Below, piece by piece: positions 13,985-27,109 of a DNA stretch of 64,000 bases (position 1 is its first letter; the number at the start of each line of letters is the position of its first letter). The stretch covers positions 2,418,001 to 2,482,000 of the forward strand of contig NC_087437.1 of NCBI RefSeq assembly GCF_036321535.1, read 5' to 3'. The notes below the pieces were generated by a model, which saw nothing but the letters and a program-made list of their open reading frames with translations, had not been told where the DNA came from and made no database searches. The position numbers and the translations under genes are program-made. The stretch is from Camelus dromedarius (taxonomy: Eukaryota).

Positions 13985-14195
13985 TTTACTGAATTCTTAC
14001 CTGCTAGGCACTGTATGCTATTGTAAGCACATTAATTCATTTAATCCAGGTAACAACACTATTAGGTACAGATACTGCCATTTCACTTATTTTACAGACA
14101 GGGAAAGTGAGGCACAAAGAGGGAGGTAACTTGTCCAAGATCACTCAGCTAGTAAGTGGCAGAGCTGGGGTTCTAACCCATGCAGTTTAGTTCTA
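13985..14195 (-). mobile_element. MIR
   Basis: attttacagacagggaaagtgaggcacaaagag...aacttgtccaagatcactcagctagtaagtggcagagct. Confidence 0.85.
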
Positions 14196-14629
14196 CTTAT
14201 AAATAAAAGCTAGTGCTTGCTAAACTATTGAAATATGAAGTAAGACGTTGACCATGTACTTCCATGGTTATTGAAAAACTTAGTTGCAACAGCAGTATGA
14301 CAGTTACAATGCCGTCCAGAAAGTCACACAAAATGGTGCTGAAAGTTGCATGGGTAGTTGCAGAGACCGGTATCTGAAATGCGCTCATAGCATCAGTGGA
14401 AGATTTTTTTAAAACCTTATCTAGTGAATAGATCTATAATAATTTTATTTTTAACAAATTGCACTTTGCAAATGCTAGACCTATTAGACATTCTGATACT
14501 TCTTGGATGAGTATCATAGGATCACATTTCCTGATAATTGATGCATGGCTGTCTTATCAGCAAGGTATAGGCTGCTTTTTTTTAATAAATATAAATGAAA
14601 ACAGATATTTCCATGGACCAGTAAGTGGA

Positions 14630-15200
14630 TTCCTTAATTCTTATGGCAGACATTTACTGAGCCCCTATTTTCTTTCTTACTCTGTCCTAGGTAATGAGGG
14701 TACATGACAGAACAAATCTAAGTCCATGCTCTTATGGAACTTACATTCAGGTCGTGGAGGGATGTGTCAATAAATGATAGTGTGAAGGAAGGCAAAGCAG
14801 GGCTAGAAGGAGTGTGATTGGGACATAGGCTTTCAGACAGGATAATGAGAGGCAGCTTGTGAAGAAATTGAGTAGATGTCTGAATGAAGTGTGGCAGCCA
14901 GCGCTGCTCTGGGGGAGGACGGTCCAGGCAGAGGGACAGGCATTGAGGCTCATGTGGCTGCAGAGTAAGGGGACAGTGGCAGAAGGTAAGGTGAGACAGA
15001 TACGGGAGTGGAGTGGGGGAAATGCAGCCTCCTGTAAGGATCATGTCAGCCTTGTACGCCATGGCTAGGACTTCGAGCAGCTGGGAAACCTTTGGAAGGT
15101 TTTGAGCAGAAGACTGACATGATATGACTTCACTTCAACATTAGTCCTCTGGCTGTTGTGGGAAAAGGGGACTGCAGTTGGGCGAGAGCGGAGGCCAGTT
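14630..15200 (-). mobile_element. L2 fragment
   Basis: catttactgagc...ggaaacctttggaaggttttgagcaga...gacatgatatgactt L2 motifs. Confidence 0.75.
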
Positions 15201-16493
15201 ATTTGTCATGAGCTTTGACTGTCTAGAACCTTTTAAATCTTGCTTTGCTTGGTACATTTTCAGCCTTAAGAATTTCATCTCCCTAATTTAGACTCCTCAG
15301 CCTTTCATTTGCAACTGGGACACAGACACGTACACTAGTCTTCTTAAGTAGCTCCTCTAATCAGGAGCATCGCTGGAGACCTGGCTTCTGGCTGAGCAGG
15401 CGTGTATGCTTGCTGAAGTCTTGCCAATGCTGTGCAATTTTCAGACAGCTGTGACAGGTTTCCCCCTGGTCATTTAAAGCTTGTGTTTGTGAAACACAAG
15501 GGGCATTGGAGAGGCAGGGCTCTCCACTAGGGTTGATGTTTTTCACAAGATGTTTTGGGGGTAATTATGGGATATACTCCTGCTTCTGGGGATACCTGGA
15601 TAGTCTTGAGGAAGATAAAAGTGGGGAGGGTGCCAGTATTATTGTCAAGTAATACAGTAATACTTCAAGTAAAAGAATATTGTTTGGGAAGTATGGGAAT
15701 TGAATGAGATCATAATGGAGAATGCTTTATCATTTATGGAAAAGTCTGTAGATTCTGGGCCAGGTTTCCTTTGTAGGATTTGCACGTTGATTTGCAAGAA
15801 ACACAAAACCTTGTATTCATATTTGTGTCTGGTGTTCCTTTGCTTGGCTCATGATGTCTCTTGGTTCGTGCTTGTTCTTATAGAAGCAATGATATTGCCA
15901 GCGTTTATTAGGGCACATATTTCCATAGGTTGGTGGAACCTGGGAGAGTCTAGCCAGTAACAGGGGTCAGGAATAGGGTAGCCGATTAGGAACTGGAGTA
16001 GACAAGTAGGCATCTTGGAACTAGGGCATCAGGTCTGTATCAAAGGGGAGATAAGTTACAAATATGAGTAGATCAGAGGCCAGGGTCTATTCAGACGTGG
16101 CTGAGGAGGGGAGTGAATATTTAAGTGCATCAGTGAGATTTGGTGTTAGAGCTGCATTGGTCCCTACTTTTTGAGCTTTTGACTGGTTGCTAAGGTATAG
16201 GAACAGATCTCAGTTAAGTAGGTGCAGACTCCACACGTGGGAGCAGGCAATTCTGTGGCATCTGACGGAGCCAAGTAGTGCAGGAGCTGGAGACCGGCAT
16301 GGGCTCCTGTAGGGGAAGCTGTGCCAGTTTCAATCACTAGCTGTGGAAATCAAATATATATATTTAGTGTATAAGAAGTACATTCTTCTGTATTATTTTG
16401 TTACATGTTTTTCCACATCTTCAAGGTAGATGTCAGCTTAGATTTTAAACTGGTTTAAAAGATCCCTATTATATGCTATATTTAGATAATTTT

Positions 16494-16525
<32 letters not shown>

Positions 16526-16696
16526 TTTTTTTTGTCATAGCAAAAGTGTGAACCAGTAACTTACCTTGTTCATGATGAGGGTAGTAAAATTATTCTATAA
16601 AGTTATGAAGATTGAAACCAAATTTGTCTCCTTGGCACTGTCTTCTAATTGCTGTGTGACCTTGGGCTTGTTATAGATCTCAATTTGATTGTCTTT

Positions 16697-16831
16697 GTTT
16701 TATTTTTATTTTATTTTTATTTTATCTTATTTTATTTATTTATTTATTTATTAAATGGAGGTGCTGGGGATTGAACCCAGGACCCTGTGCATGCTGAGCA
16801 CATGCTCTATGACCTGAGCTGTCCCCTCTCC
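16697..16831 (-). mobile_element. Vic-1-type camelid SINE (no matching TSD)
   Basis: atggaggtgctggggattgaacccaggaccctgtgcatgctgagcacatgctcta...tgagct; (TTTA)n tail. Confidence 0.9.
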
Positions 16832-17659
16832 TCCTGCTCTGTTGCTTCTTAAAGCAGTCTCTTGTCTCCAGGGCCCTGGCAGCTTGGCAGGGGCAGGGTT
16901 GTGTTTTGCAATGACCGAGACCAGGGTGCCCTGTACGCTGTGCTGGGCATGACAGTCAGACTGCCGGGCCTGTAGGGGCTGGCTGTGCCATGGGACTGGC
17001 CGCCTCACACCTGTGTCTGCAAAAATCAAGGTGTGCTGGGTACAACCTATGGTCAGGATCCACATCTTGCAGCTTTCCTTCTGCTGCTCTGCTCCAAGGA
17101 GACCCTTTCCAGAGAGAGGGGATCCCCAGGCCCTCATTGTCCTGCCCCCTGTGACTCGCATGGCCACCCTGGCCTGCAGCACGGGTGGCGGGGAGGTTGC
17201 GTGTGTCTCCCTGAGGAGCTGGTGTCCAGGGCAGCCTTGCCCCAGGGACAGCTGAGGGAGAGCTGAATCTTTGCCCTAAATATATGTGAATGTTTTACAA
17301 CCAAGTAAGTTAGGGAATATTCCTTTAAATAGTAATCACTTATCATGAGATTGAAATGTTAAATACAGGAAATTTCCCCTCACGTGTGGCTTTTCCTGAA
17401 CACACACATAAAGCACAGCCTCGTCCATGTGTGTCCAGGCCTGAAGGTGCCCCTCGGTCACTGGCCCCAGGGCAGGGTGGGGCCGCCCTGTGGGATTGAT
17501 CGGGCTGGTGGCGGGGACCCCTTTGAGGCTGGTATCTCTTCTGGTCCAGCTGCCCTTTTAGGAGATAAGATTAACTGTCAAAAGCTTTTCCTTTACAAAA
17601 AAGACAATGTCAAGGATGCCTTGTATGAACAAAAAATAATTATGGAAACAAACTTCTAA

Positions 17660-17880
17660 ATTAGGAGTTTGGGACTAACAGATGCACACGGATACATCTA
17701 AAATACATAACCAACAAGGGCCTACCATACAGCACAGGGGACTGTATTCAGTCTCTTGTAATAACCGATAATGGAAAAGAATCTGGAAAAGAACAGAGAT
17801 ATACATGTATAACCGAGTCACTCTGCTATACACATGAAACTAATGCAACTTGTAAATCACTACCCTTTAGTTTTTAAAAA
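17660..17880 (+). mobile_element. L1 3'UTR fragment
   Basis: taggagtttgggactaacagatgcacac...agcacagggga...ggaaaagaatctg. Confidence 0.85.
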
Positions 17881-18249
17881 ATTCTAGTTTTCAGATGATT
17901 GATTTTCTTCAGCAAATGTTTCCTTGCTGACTTTTCATTGTTCTGTCTGAAATAACTGAAGATGGGTTGGGTTCACTGGTGACTAACCTACAAATGGGTA
18001 ACCTTGATGATAAAATAATCTTAGTATATCTCATTACAGTATAATGTAATGTAATATAGCACAATAATACAATAAAATAACTATATTCTGTTCCACAGGA
18101 GGAAAATATAATCATGGACCCACAGGAGTTTGAAGCTGGAGGGGCAGAACTCATCTCTCATCAGCTGAAAGGAGTTGTCAGGGCAGCACCTGGACATTTG
18201 TTGGCTTCTGGAAGGAGTGTGATCCTGTGTTAGACACTTCAGAAAAGAG

Positions 18250-18420
18250 AGGGGAGGGGTATAGCTTAGTGGTAGAGCGGGTGCTTAGCACGCACGAGGT
18301 CCTGGGTTCAGTCCGCAGCACCTCCAGTAAAATAAATAAATAAACCTAGTTACCTCGCCACAAAAATAAATATAAATAAATAAATAAATAAAGTAATGAA
18401 AAATACTTAAAAAAATTAAA
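18250..18420 (+). mobile_element. Vic-1-type SINE
   Basis: ggggaggggtatagcttagtggtagagcg...gaggtcctgggttcagtc; imperfect TSD actt(ca/tg)gaaaagaga. Confidence 0.92.
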
Positions 18421-19409
18421 ACTTTGGAAAAGAGAAATCTGGGACCGATGAGATCCTTACCTGCCCAGACCCTTAAATTCTCGTTGTTTATCCCTGGACA
18501 CAAGCACAGCCTTTCTGAGGTGTCTGGGACTCTCACAGGCCCCCCAGCCCTGGGAGACCGGCCCCCACATTGGACAGACCTTCCAGCTCTCAGGAGGTGG
18601 ATGAGGGCTGGGCCCCGCTGCCCCACGGACACACATCCTTGGTATCTCCTTCCTTGTGACACCTGGGTCTCTAGTCTGCACTGTGTAATGACTCCCCTGA
18701 GTGAGGAACATAGCACTGGGCATCTAGAAAAGATGTTATGAATAGCTGTCAGTTGATCTTAAAGCTTTGACTTATGAGTGGATGGCTGCTTCTGAAACAT
18801 AGATAAAAAGACGGCCTGCAGCTAAGCCGAGTGCAGCCTCCTCAGCTCCAGCCTGGAATTCTGCACTGTTGCTTTGGTCCTTCTAGAAATAGAGGTAATG
18901 TCTTCCAGTTGGTCCACCGGGTGGAATTTGGAAGGTGGAAGATGCCTGGCTCCTCGCACTCCATCCCATCACATCCAGACTCCAGACACTGACCTCTCCT
19001 TGGTGGTGATTTTCGTGTCTCCAAGGAAAGTGGTGGCAAAGTACATTTGGCATCCATGTGGGCTCCCACTAATATAGATAGAGATGTTAAGGGTGGATGT
19101 GGCCTTCAAATTGCCACAAATTAGACAAATGGGTTCGCCATCCCCCAGCTGCCGGGGACACCGTGCCTGTGGTGAGGCCCCAGGGTTCTGGTGGCCCTGG
19201 GTGGCACCGGGAAGTTGTTCAGTAACCAAAGGTGTTGATCTGGCTCTGAATCTCTGCTTTCTGGAGAAGGGTTGTTTTATTTTGTTTTTCAAATTCTGCC
19301 GTCTAAACCCAACCTGAAATTTTTGGTAATGTAATTTATTCTTTTTAACTTGTATGTGTGTATACTTGTTAAACTTTTTGTTTTACAATAGTTTTACACT
19401 GCTGTGTTT

Positions 19410-19817
19410 TGTTTTTTTTTAACTGATGTGTAGTTACAGTGTGTCAATGTCTGGTGTACAGCACAGTGTCCCAGTCATGCATTGCATACATATATTCATT
19501 TTTATATTCTTTTTTACCAAAGGTTATTAGAAGATATTGAGTATAATTACCTGTGCTGTACAGAAATTTGTTTTAAGTATTTTTATATATAGTTAATATT
19601 TGCAAATTTCAAACTTCTAAATTTATCCCTTCTCAGCCCCTATTTCCCCACCACCAGTAATAAAAGATTGTTTACTAACTCTGTGAGTCTGTTTCTGTTT
19701 TGTCGATGAGTTCATTAGTGTCTTAGATTCCACATATGAATGATATATGGTGTTTTTCTTTCTCTTCCTGGCTTATTTCACTTAAAATGACACTCTCCAA
19801 ATCCACCCACATTGCTG
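19410..19817 (-). mobile_element. L1 3' end
   Basis: Reverse complement of the L1 3'UTR seen at 5500-5900. Confidence 0.88.
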
Positions 19818-21044
19818 CCTGCTTGTTTCTAATGCTGACTTTTATAGCCACTCACCCTCTTTCTGTGGTTTGGTTTGGGGGCAAAAATTTGAGCTCATTG
19901 GCTGTGGCAGCAGGAAGCAGCATAGATGGCTGGATGGCCCGTCTGGAGGGCCACCGCTGGTAGGCAGGTGCTTTACCACCGGTAGAGACCCCTGTCTGTG
20001 TGGCACTGTCCCCGTGATGCCACCCACTGGCTGGGCCACTTTCTTGCATCAGTCACCTTCCAAATGCCCTCCTGCCCTGCTGGCGCAGGCTGGCCGATCA
20101 CTCGTCTCCACTTTGCATTTTTCGCTTGCCAGTAAATATGTCCTGGAGACCACAGCACATGAGTGGTGACATTCCTCTACCTTTCTGTAGATGCATAGGC
20201 TCCCACAGACACCACCCTCGTTCCTGTTTGCAAGCTGTGCCTCACAATCCGGTGCTCTCCTTCCTTGAGCATGTCCCACCCCAACCCTGCCACACATACA
20301 CACTTCTAGAGGAGGCCCAGGAACAGCTCATGTGGGTGCTCTGAGTGCACCTGTCACATGTATTCTGTGCACAGGATTCAGGCACAGGTGACCAGGAGCT
20401 TGGGGGGTCAGCCTCCCTCTGGGGGGTTCTGGTGGAGCCGGGGATGGCTGCTGACCGCTGCATTAGGTGTCTGTTAGGTGACAACAGGACCCTCACCTGT
20501 TGGGGACAGAAAGCCTTCTCTCCCTCCTCTTGGTCTTAGCTTTGCTGTCACCTTGGGGGAGCTCCTCAAGGGAAACTCTTGGCAGTCATATGCTTTGACT
20601 CTCTGATTTCTGTTTAATAACCTGCTTTATGTTCTCAGGTTAGGTGCAGAGTAGGAGGTGCAGAAACTCATGCTCATCTTCTGCCCTGAGGTGAAGGCAC
20701 CAGTCAGGGGAGCCTTCCTGTTTGTGGGCCCCAGACTTGGGAAGGGCGCCCTGTGCTTGACCATCTGTGGATGCACGGTGGGGCTTTGGGAGTTCTGTCA
20801 CCCCTGTGATGCTGGAAGTAAATTTTTCTCCACATTGGGTTCTCCTGGAGAGTGGATGGGCCGTGCATGGTGTAGGGTGTCATCACCTCTCTAAAGAAGC
20901 TGGTGACCCAGCAGCACGTTCAGGGCCACTTCTCAGAACTTTGGGGCTCTGGGGACACTGGTGCCATCCCTTCCTCCTGCCTCCTGCCCTGTTTGCACAG
21001 GAAGTGCCTTCTTTCTGCCTGTGCAGGGACGGCTGTCAGTGCTG

Positions 21045-21220
21045 GAAAGTAAAGGCCACGTTCAAGGCTGGGTTTGCATGTGTCCACATTGAAATTAGTC
21101 AAAAGTAAGAAAACTGAAAATTCAGTTCCTCAGCCACATTCCAAGGACTTGATCACCACAGGTGGCCGGCAGCTACCTCGGTGGACAGCAGAGAACATTT
21201 CCACCAGCCCGGAGACTCCA
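21045..21220. mobile_element. MER3-like hAT element
   Basis: aaaattcagttcctcag..ccacattccaag...ccacaggtggc...gtggacagcagagaacatttcca. Confidence 0.7.
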
Positions 21221-21305
21221 TTTATTTTACACTAAGTGACAAAGATGTGCCTTGTTTTCAGCACTGATTTCTTTGTCCATCTTTGCTGTGAGATAAACTA
21301 CCTAA

Positions 21306-21473
<168 letters not shown>

Positions 21474-21588
21474 TGAGTTTAGTGCCTGTTCATTGGGATA
21501 ATGGGTAATTTAATATAGTTAACTGAGTATTGAATCACTGAAGTATTTAGGGCTGAAATGATGTCTTGGATGTGTGTCAGAAAAGCTT

Positions 21589-21711
21589 GGGGAGGGGGAG
21601 ACGGTACAGCTCAGTGGTAGAGTGTGTGCCTCGCCTACACAAGGTCCTGGCTTCAGTCCCCAGTATCTCCATTAAAATAAATAAGCCTCATTCCCCCCCC
21701 CCAAAAAAAAA
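21589..21711 (+). mobile_element. Vic-1-type SINE
   Basis: ggtacagctcagtggtagagtg...aaggtcctggcttcagtccccagtatctccattaaaataaataa. Confidence 0.9.
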
Positions 21712-21944
21712 CCCTGAATTGCTTAGGAGCAGGGATGTTGAGTATCTGTCCAACAAGAGTGGCAAGAGTTCGTGATCCTTGCAGCAGATGGGCACAGAGG
21801 GTTCACTGTCCTGTGCTCTGCTTTTGATTACTTTGGATTTTTCAATACATTGTTGGCTGGATTTGCATTTCTCTACTTATTAGCGAAGTTGAGCATCTTT
21901 TCATGCGCAGTTTAAAAAATAATGACAATAACAAATACTGGTGA

Positions 21945-22476
21945 TGTAATAGAAAAGAACAAATCTGACTCCACGTTAGATCTGTTCCTTTTGCTTTAAC
22001 CCTGTGCCCTGTTTTCCAGGCTTAGCCTTGCCGGCTCTGCACCTTTTGGGAAACAATGTTGCCTTTAGCCTGAAATAGAGAGGAGAGCCTGTTCTCCGGG
22101 CACTGGGCTTTAAGGCTGTCAGCGCTTCTGCACTCCGTGAACAACAAGCTGCAGACTAGAAAGTAACATTTGTTTTGTTGGAGGTTTTGCAGGAGCACCA
22201 TGACCTGGTGCACGTGGACAGCTGCAGGAGCAAAGAACTCCTACAGCAAGAAGTTTACAACAACTAGCACACATCCCACTCTTTTTTTTTTTTTTTTTTT
22301 TTTTTGTATAGAATGAGCATGTATTCTGACTGGGGGAGGATGGTTCTCCAAGGTATTAGTCGGCCATCCTCTCAGTCGGCTGGCTTTCCAAATAAAGTTG
22401 CCATTCTTTGCCCCAACACCTCATCTTTTGATTTATTGGCCTGTCGTGCAGTGAGCAGAGTTTGGACTCGGTAACA
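21945..22476 (+). mobile_element. Solo ERV1-type LTR
   Basis: TG...CA ends (tgtaatag...ggactcggtaaca), AATAAA near 22390, TATA-like site after the poly(T). Confidence 0.8.
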
Positions 22477-22712
22477 GTTTGGCACATACAGCAAAGCGAT
22501 TCCGTTATACATATAAATACTTATATATTTCTTCTCTTCAGATTTTTCTCCATTATATGTCATTATAAGAAATTGAATATCATTCTTTGTGCTCTACAGT
22601 AGGACCTTATTGTTTATTTTATATAGAGTCATGTGTATCTGTTAACCCCAAACACCTAATTTATCCCTCCCCCACCCTGTGCCCTTTGGGAACCATTGTT
22701 TGTTTTCTGTGT
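22477..22712 (-). mobile_element. L1 3'UTR fragment cut by the LTR
   Basis: tacagcaaagcgattccgttatacatata...tgtgctctacagtaggacctt. Confidence 0.8.
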
Positions 22713-23023
22713 GCAGGAAGCATTTTTAGAAGCAGATTCCGGTGAGCTATAGGCAATGTACATTTAAAATTCTGGTAGATATTGCCAAATGGCTTTTCAA
22801 AAAAGACCGTACAACTTCACACACCCACCAACAACATTTGGGAGTGCCTTGCCAACTCTGCACATTATCAACCACTTTTCTTTTTTGACAATCTGGGAAG
22901 ACAGATTCTCACTGTTGCTTTAATTTGCTTTCCTTTTGTTAGGATTGAGGCTGGGTATCTCTCTGCCTCCCCCTCCCAGAACACACAGACATCCCTGTTC
23001 ATTGGAAAATACACATACAGAAA

Positions 23024-23206
23024 AAGCAAATTTCTACTGTATAGCACAGGGAACTATATTCAATATCTGGTAGTAACTTGTAATGAAAAAGAATATGAAA
23101 AGGAATATATGTATGTACATGTATGACTGAAACATTAGGCTGTGCACCAGAAATTGACACATTATAACTGACCATACTTCAATTAAAATTTTTTTAATTA
23201 AAAAAA
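23024..23206 (+). mobile_element. Young 5'-truncated L1 with 19-bp TSD
   Basis: TSD gaaaatacacatacagaaa at 23005-23023 and 23207-23225. Confidence 0.92.
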
Positions 23207-24499
23207 GAAAATACACATACAGAAACGTACACAAAGCTTTATTTTACGTGTGTGTGTGTGTGTGTGTGCATGCGTGCGGGCATACACATACATTAATGAA
23301 TAGATACCAAGCAAACACTTGGGCAACCATCACTCAGGTCAAGAAACAGAACACAGAATGTGACAAGCACCCCAAAGCACACCCTGCCCCCAAGCTCCTC
23401 TCTGATCATAAGCCCCTCCCTCCCGCAGAGGTAACCACTAACTTGTGGTCACTCCCAAATAATACAGTCTATTTTGGCCTATATTTGAATTCTCTGTGGA
23501 TGGAATCATATCACACACGTCCTTTGCCCTGTGTTGTGTTTGTGAGATTCATGCCCTGTTGCATGGTGATCGGGTGTCATTTCACACGATTAAAAATCAT
23601 TTCAAATTCTCTTTACACTGGGGGCTGGGGGTCTTCTCTCTCCCTTCAGTGTCTCACTGGTGTTGTAAAATCTCCCCACATTTCTAGGGAGGAAGATTAA
23701 GAAGGTGGGAAGGGGGCTGGGAATTGGGAAGAAGCTGAGGCTCAGAGAAGCCACACAGCCAGCAGGTGCCAGCCCAGATTCACATCCACGACTGTCTGAC
23801 ACCAGAGTCCAGGCTCACTGCCCCATCCCAAGGAGATGAAGCAGCTTCACACAGACCAGGGGGGTCCAGGGTGACCCAGGCTCTGTACAGGGCACATCCC
23901 AGACAGCGAGGACTGTAGGGATGCAGAAGAGACTGAGTTCAAGGAAGGCTTCCTGGAGGGGGCAGCAGTTGACCTTTGCTCTGACCCTTCCTCCTCCCCA
24001 AGGCCCCTGCACCCCTAGCCCAGGGTGGGGGCTACAGATGCTCTCACCTCTGGGCAGTGTCTTCTTGGAAATGACTTGTCTGCCTGGCCCCAGATGGGTC
24101 CTGAGACAGGTTAGAAGGTGGAGGCCATGGGCCTGTGCTGGGCCCCTGGGAACCTTGTCATGACTTACCCTCTGCCCTCCCCTTGCAGACACAGCCCTGG
24201 ACTGCGACCTGAACTGTGAAGTCAGGCAGGACAGGGGCTTTGTGGACAAGGCAGGGGATCTCTGGCTGGGCCTAGAAAAGGGGATGGGGCTTGGAGCTGC
24301 TCCAGGCTGGGTTAAGAGGGATGAGGCCCCTCAGGTGTCCCCCTGCCTCCCAGCTGATGCCGAGGTCGGGGGGGGCCAAAGAGGAACCAGGCATGGCTGG
24401 GGGTCTTCCACTGGGAGAAAAATCATCAAGAATTTTCAAGCACACAGGTGCCCAAACCTTCCTTTGAAGGGAAAAGTCCTTCTGGATTTTCAGTCTAGA

Positions 24500-24706
24500 C
24501 TGGGGGTCAGCAAACATTACTCCAAGAGCAAGCTAGTAAATATTTAAGGCTTTGGAGCCATACTGTCTCCACTGCAGGCAATTGGTTCTGCCACTGTGGG
24601 ATGAGAGAGCCACAGGCAACATGGGAACAAAGGGAGGTGACAGTGTCCCAGTAAAACTCCACTCAGAAAAACAGGCAGTGGCTGAGCAGTAGTATGTCAA
24701 CCCCAT
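24500..24706. mobile_element. MER58A-like MITE
   Basis: TIR-like ends ggggtcagcaaac / gtatgtcaacccc; cagtaaaact core. Confidence 0.82.
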
Positions 24707-26119
24707 AACCCAGGTGGAAAGGGAAAGCTACCAAGGATGAAACTATGAGCTTTGGGCTGGACTGTGGTGGCACTTGGTGCCCTGGGAGCTCAGAGAAGAA
24801 GGGTCAGGATGGGTTTGTGAGCAAGGAGGAGTTACTTAAGTCCACTTGAGCTGAGCTCCAGAGCGATGCCAGAGGGAGGACATTCCAGGTGTGGGGACAG
24901 CAGGGGCCAACACCTGAAGGGAGGAATGAATCTTACAGTCAGGAAGTTGCCTAGGGAAAGAGGATGCTGGCTGGAGACATAACACGGACATCCCTGAAAG
25001 ACAGCCGTGTAGTTAGACTTGACAGTGTGGGCACTAGGGAGCCATTTCCATTTCTTGAGCAGGAGCGGACCTATCCTCAGAGGGTGGGGTGAAGATGAAC
25101 AGATGGGGTTCAGAGGATGGCCAGGGGGACACTGGGGGGGTGCTGGTTGGTCTGCGACCCCACCACCAGCTCTGCTTTGCCATTGGCAGCAGAAGTGGGT
25201 CTGGGGGCCTCGTGGGTGTGGAGCCATCCTGCTGGTGAGCTGTGACAGGGACAATCTGCACTATGATGACCATGATAACGGAGCAGCACGTGCACTGCCT
25301 GCAAGGTGAGGGGGCGACAGGGCGGCTTGTGTTCCCGGACTTTCAGCATCACTGCTCAGTTACCCTGCAGGGATTCTGACCCACATGAGCTGCTCTGAAG
25401 GCAGAGCTCAGGGCCAGAGTTTCAGCTCCTGATACACCGTGATGTTCCTTCAAACCTACCTCAGACTGGCAGCTGGCCCTCCCCACACGCCCAGTGCCAC
25501 CGGGCACACACACCAGGGCAGAGCTCTGGACATGAGCTGACTCCCCTTTCTCCCCCTCTAGGGGAGTGGAGAAAGCCGACATGACTGAAGCGCCTACTGT
25601 GAGCCGGGCCCTTTCCCAGAGCTCCCTGACCATTCAAGCCAGAGGGCAGCATCTCCTCACTTCAGAGGTGAGGATGCTGAAGCCCCTGGAGGCACTCCGC
25701 CAGTCTGCAGCAGATCCAAGCTTTCCTATTCCAGCACCAAATCCGGCCTCCTCCCCGAGTGCTCTACGTTCCTTGGCCCTAAGGATCACAGGGACTGAGG
25801 AGGGTGGTCAGAGGGGTCCTCAGTTCCTCCACCCACATTTGGCCAAGATCCAAGCAATTGCCTGTGGCGAACATCACTGCTGGGGCTTGGCACATGGGGT
25901 CTAATAACCACAGGATTTAGGGGCTCCCAGGACTGAGGGGCGTGTGGCCCCTACAAGATCCTGAACCTTCTGGCTGAGATGAGGACATCAGAGCCAGAGA
26001 GCTGAGGGACACACAGCTGGAGGGAATGTCCGTGTGGAGAGCCGGGGGACAAAGGGGCTTTGCTGCATCTGCCCGGAATTGCTTTCTCATCACCCGCATC
26101 TTCAGCCTCACCTCTGGCA

Positions 26120-26700
26120 GGTACTGGGTGCCTGCTGTTGGCCAGGCACCATGACAGGCATGTCACGTGGTTCTTTCATCCTCATAGCCTGAAATCAACC
26201 CTTTGGAAACGTTATCATCCCCACTCTATAGCTGAGGAAACTGAGGCCCAGCGAGAACAGCAACTGAATTCCAGGGATGTCCTCACCGGGTGGGTTCTGA
26301 ATCCCAGCGCAGGCTGCCTGACTCCTGAGCTCTGCACTGACTCCCTCTGCTAACAGGAGCTGGGGGTCCTTGGGCAGCTCCTGTGGGATCAGTCTTCTAT
26401 GTGATTGTTTCAGAGCTGCACGCCCATCCTCTGAAGTGGGGACCTGTGTGGTCCCCATTTTGCAGGTGAGGAAACTGAAGCAGCTCAGAAAGGTGAAGGG
26501 CCTTGGCCAAGGTCACAGAACCCACATTTCCTGGGCTCAAGTTGAGGCTTATCTGAATCCCACCGTGAACAGAGAATCCCTAAAGCCTGCACCTTCCAAA
26601 CCACTCATCTTATGGCTGGTGAAGTGGAGCCCCAAAGGGGAGCGGAGGCTTGCCCAGGCCCACAGTGGTCGCTGGCAGCAATGGGACGCAGGTCTCAGTG
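26120..26700 (-). mobile_element. Cluster of MIR fragments
   Basis: Repeated gaggaaactgagg(cc) cores near 26234 and 26468, and a degenerate one near 26615. Confidence 0.7.
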
Positions 26701-27109
26701 GAGTCCCTCATATATAGTTTCCATTTTACAGATGGGCCAATTGATGCGTGGAAAAATAAATGGCACAGAGAAGGCTAAAGGGAGAGTCAGGGTGGTAAAC
26801 CCAACTTGAGCACACAGAGCTTCCCGAGACCCCCTCTCTTCCCTGCCAGATTCCCCAAGACCTGTTCGGGGGCAGGGCTCCTGGCTTCAGCCAGCTTGAC
26901 CCTGGGCACATCTCTACAAGTTCAGATTTTCTGCCATCCCAGCCCTGAGCCCCTGCCCCTGGTCTGTGCGGTGCTCTGCCTCACCTGTGTTGGTAAGCTG
27001 GGGGGTCTTGGCCAAGGGCGGTGTGAAATTGGTGCTGTATGCCTTAAACTTACTTATAATACAGTGCTGCATGTCAATTATCTCTCAATAAAACTGGAAG
27101 AAATAAATT

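Noticed and set aside
18099..18233. Possible + strand terminal exon after ttccacag (EENIIMDPQEF...)
   Set aside because: No homology or upstream partner I can support.
18250..18330. tRNA-like sequence with A and B boxes (also 21600, 55050, 55691)
   Set aside because: Heads of Vic-1-type SINEs with A-rich tails, not tRNA genes.
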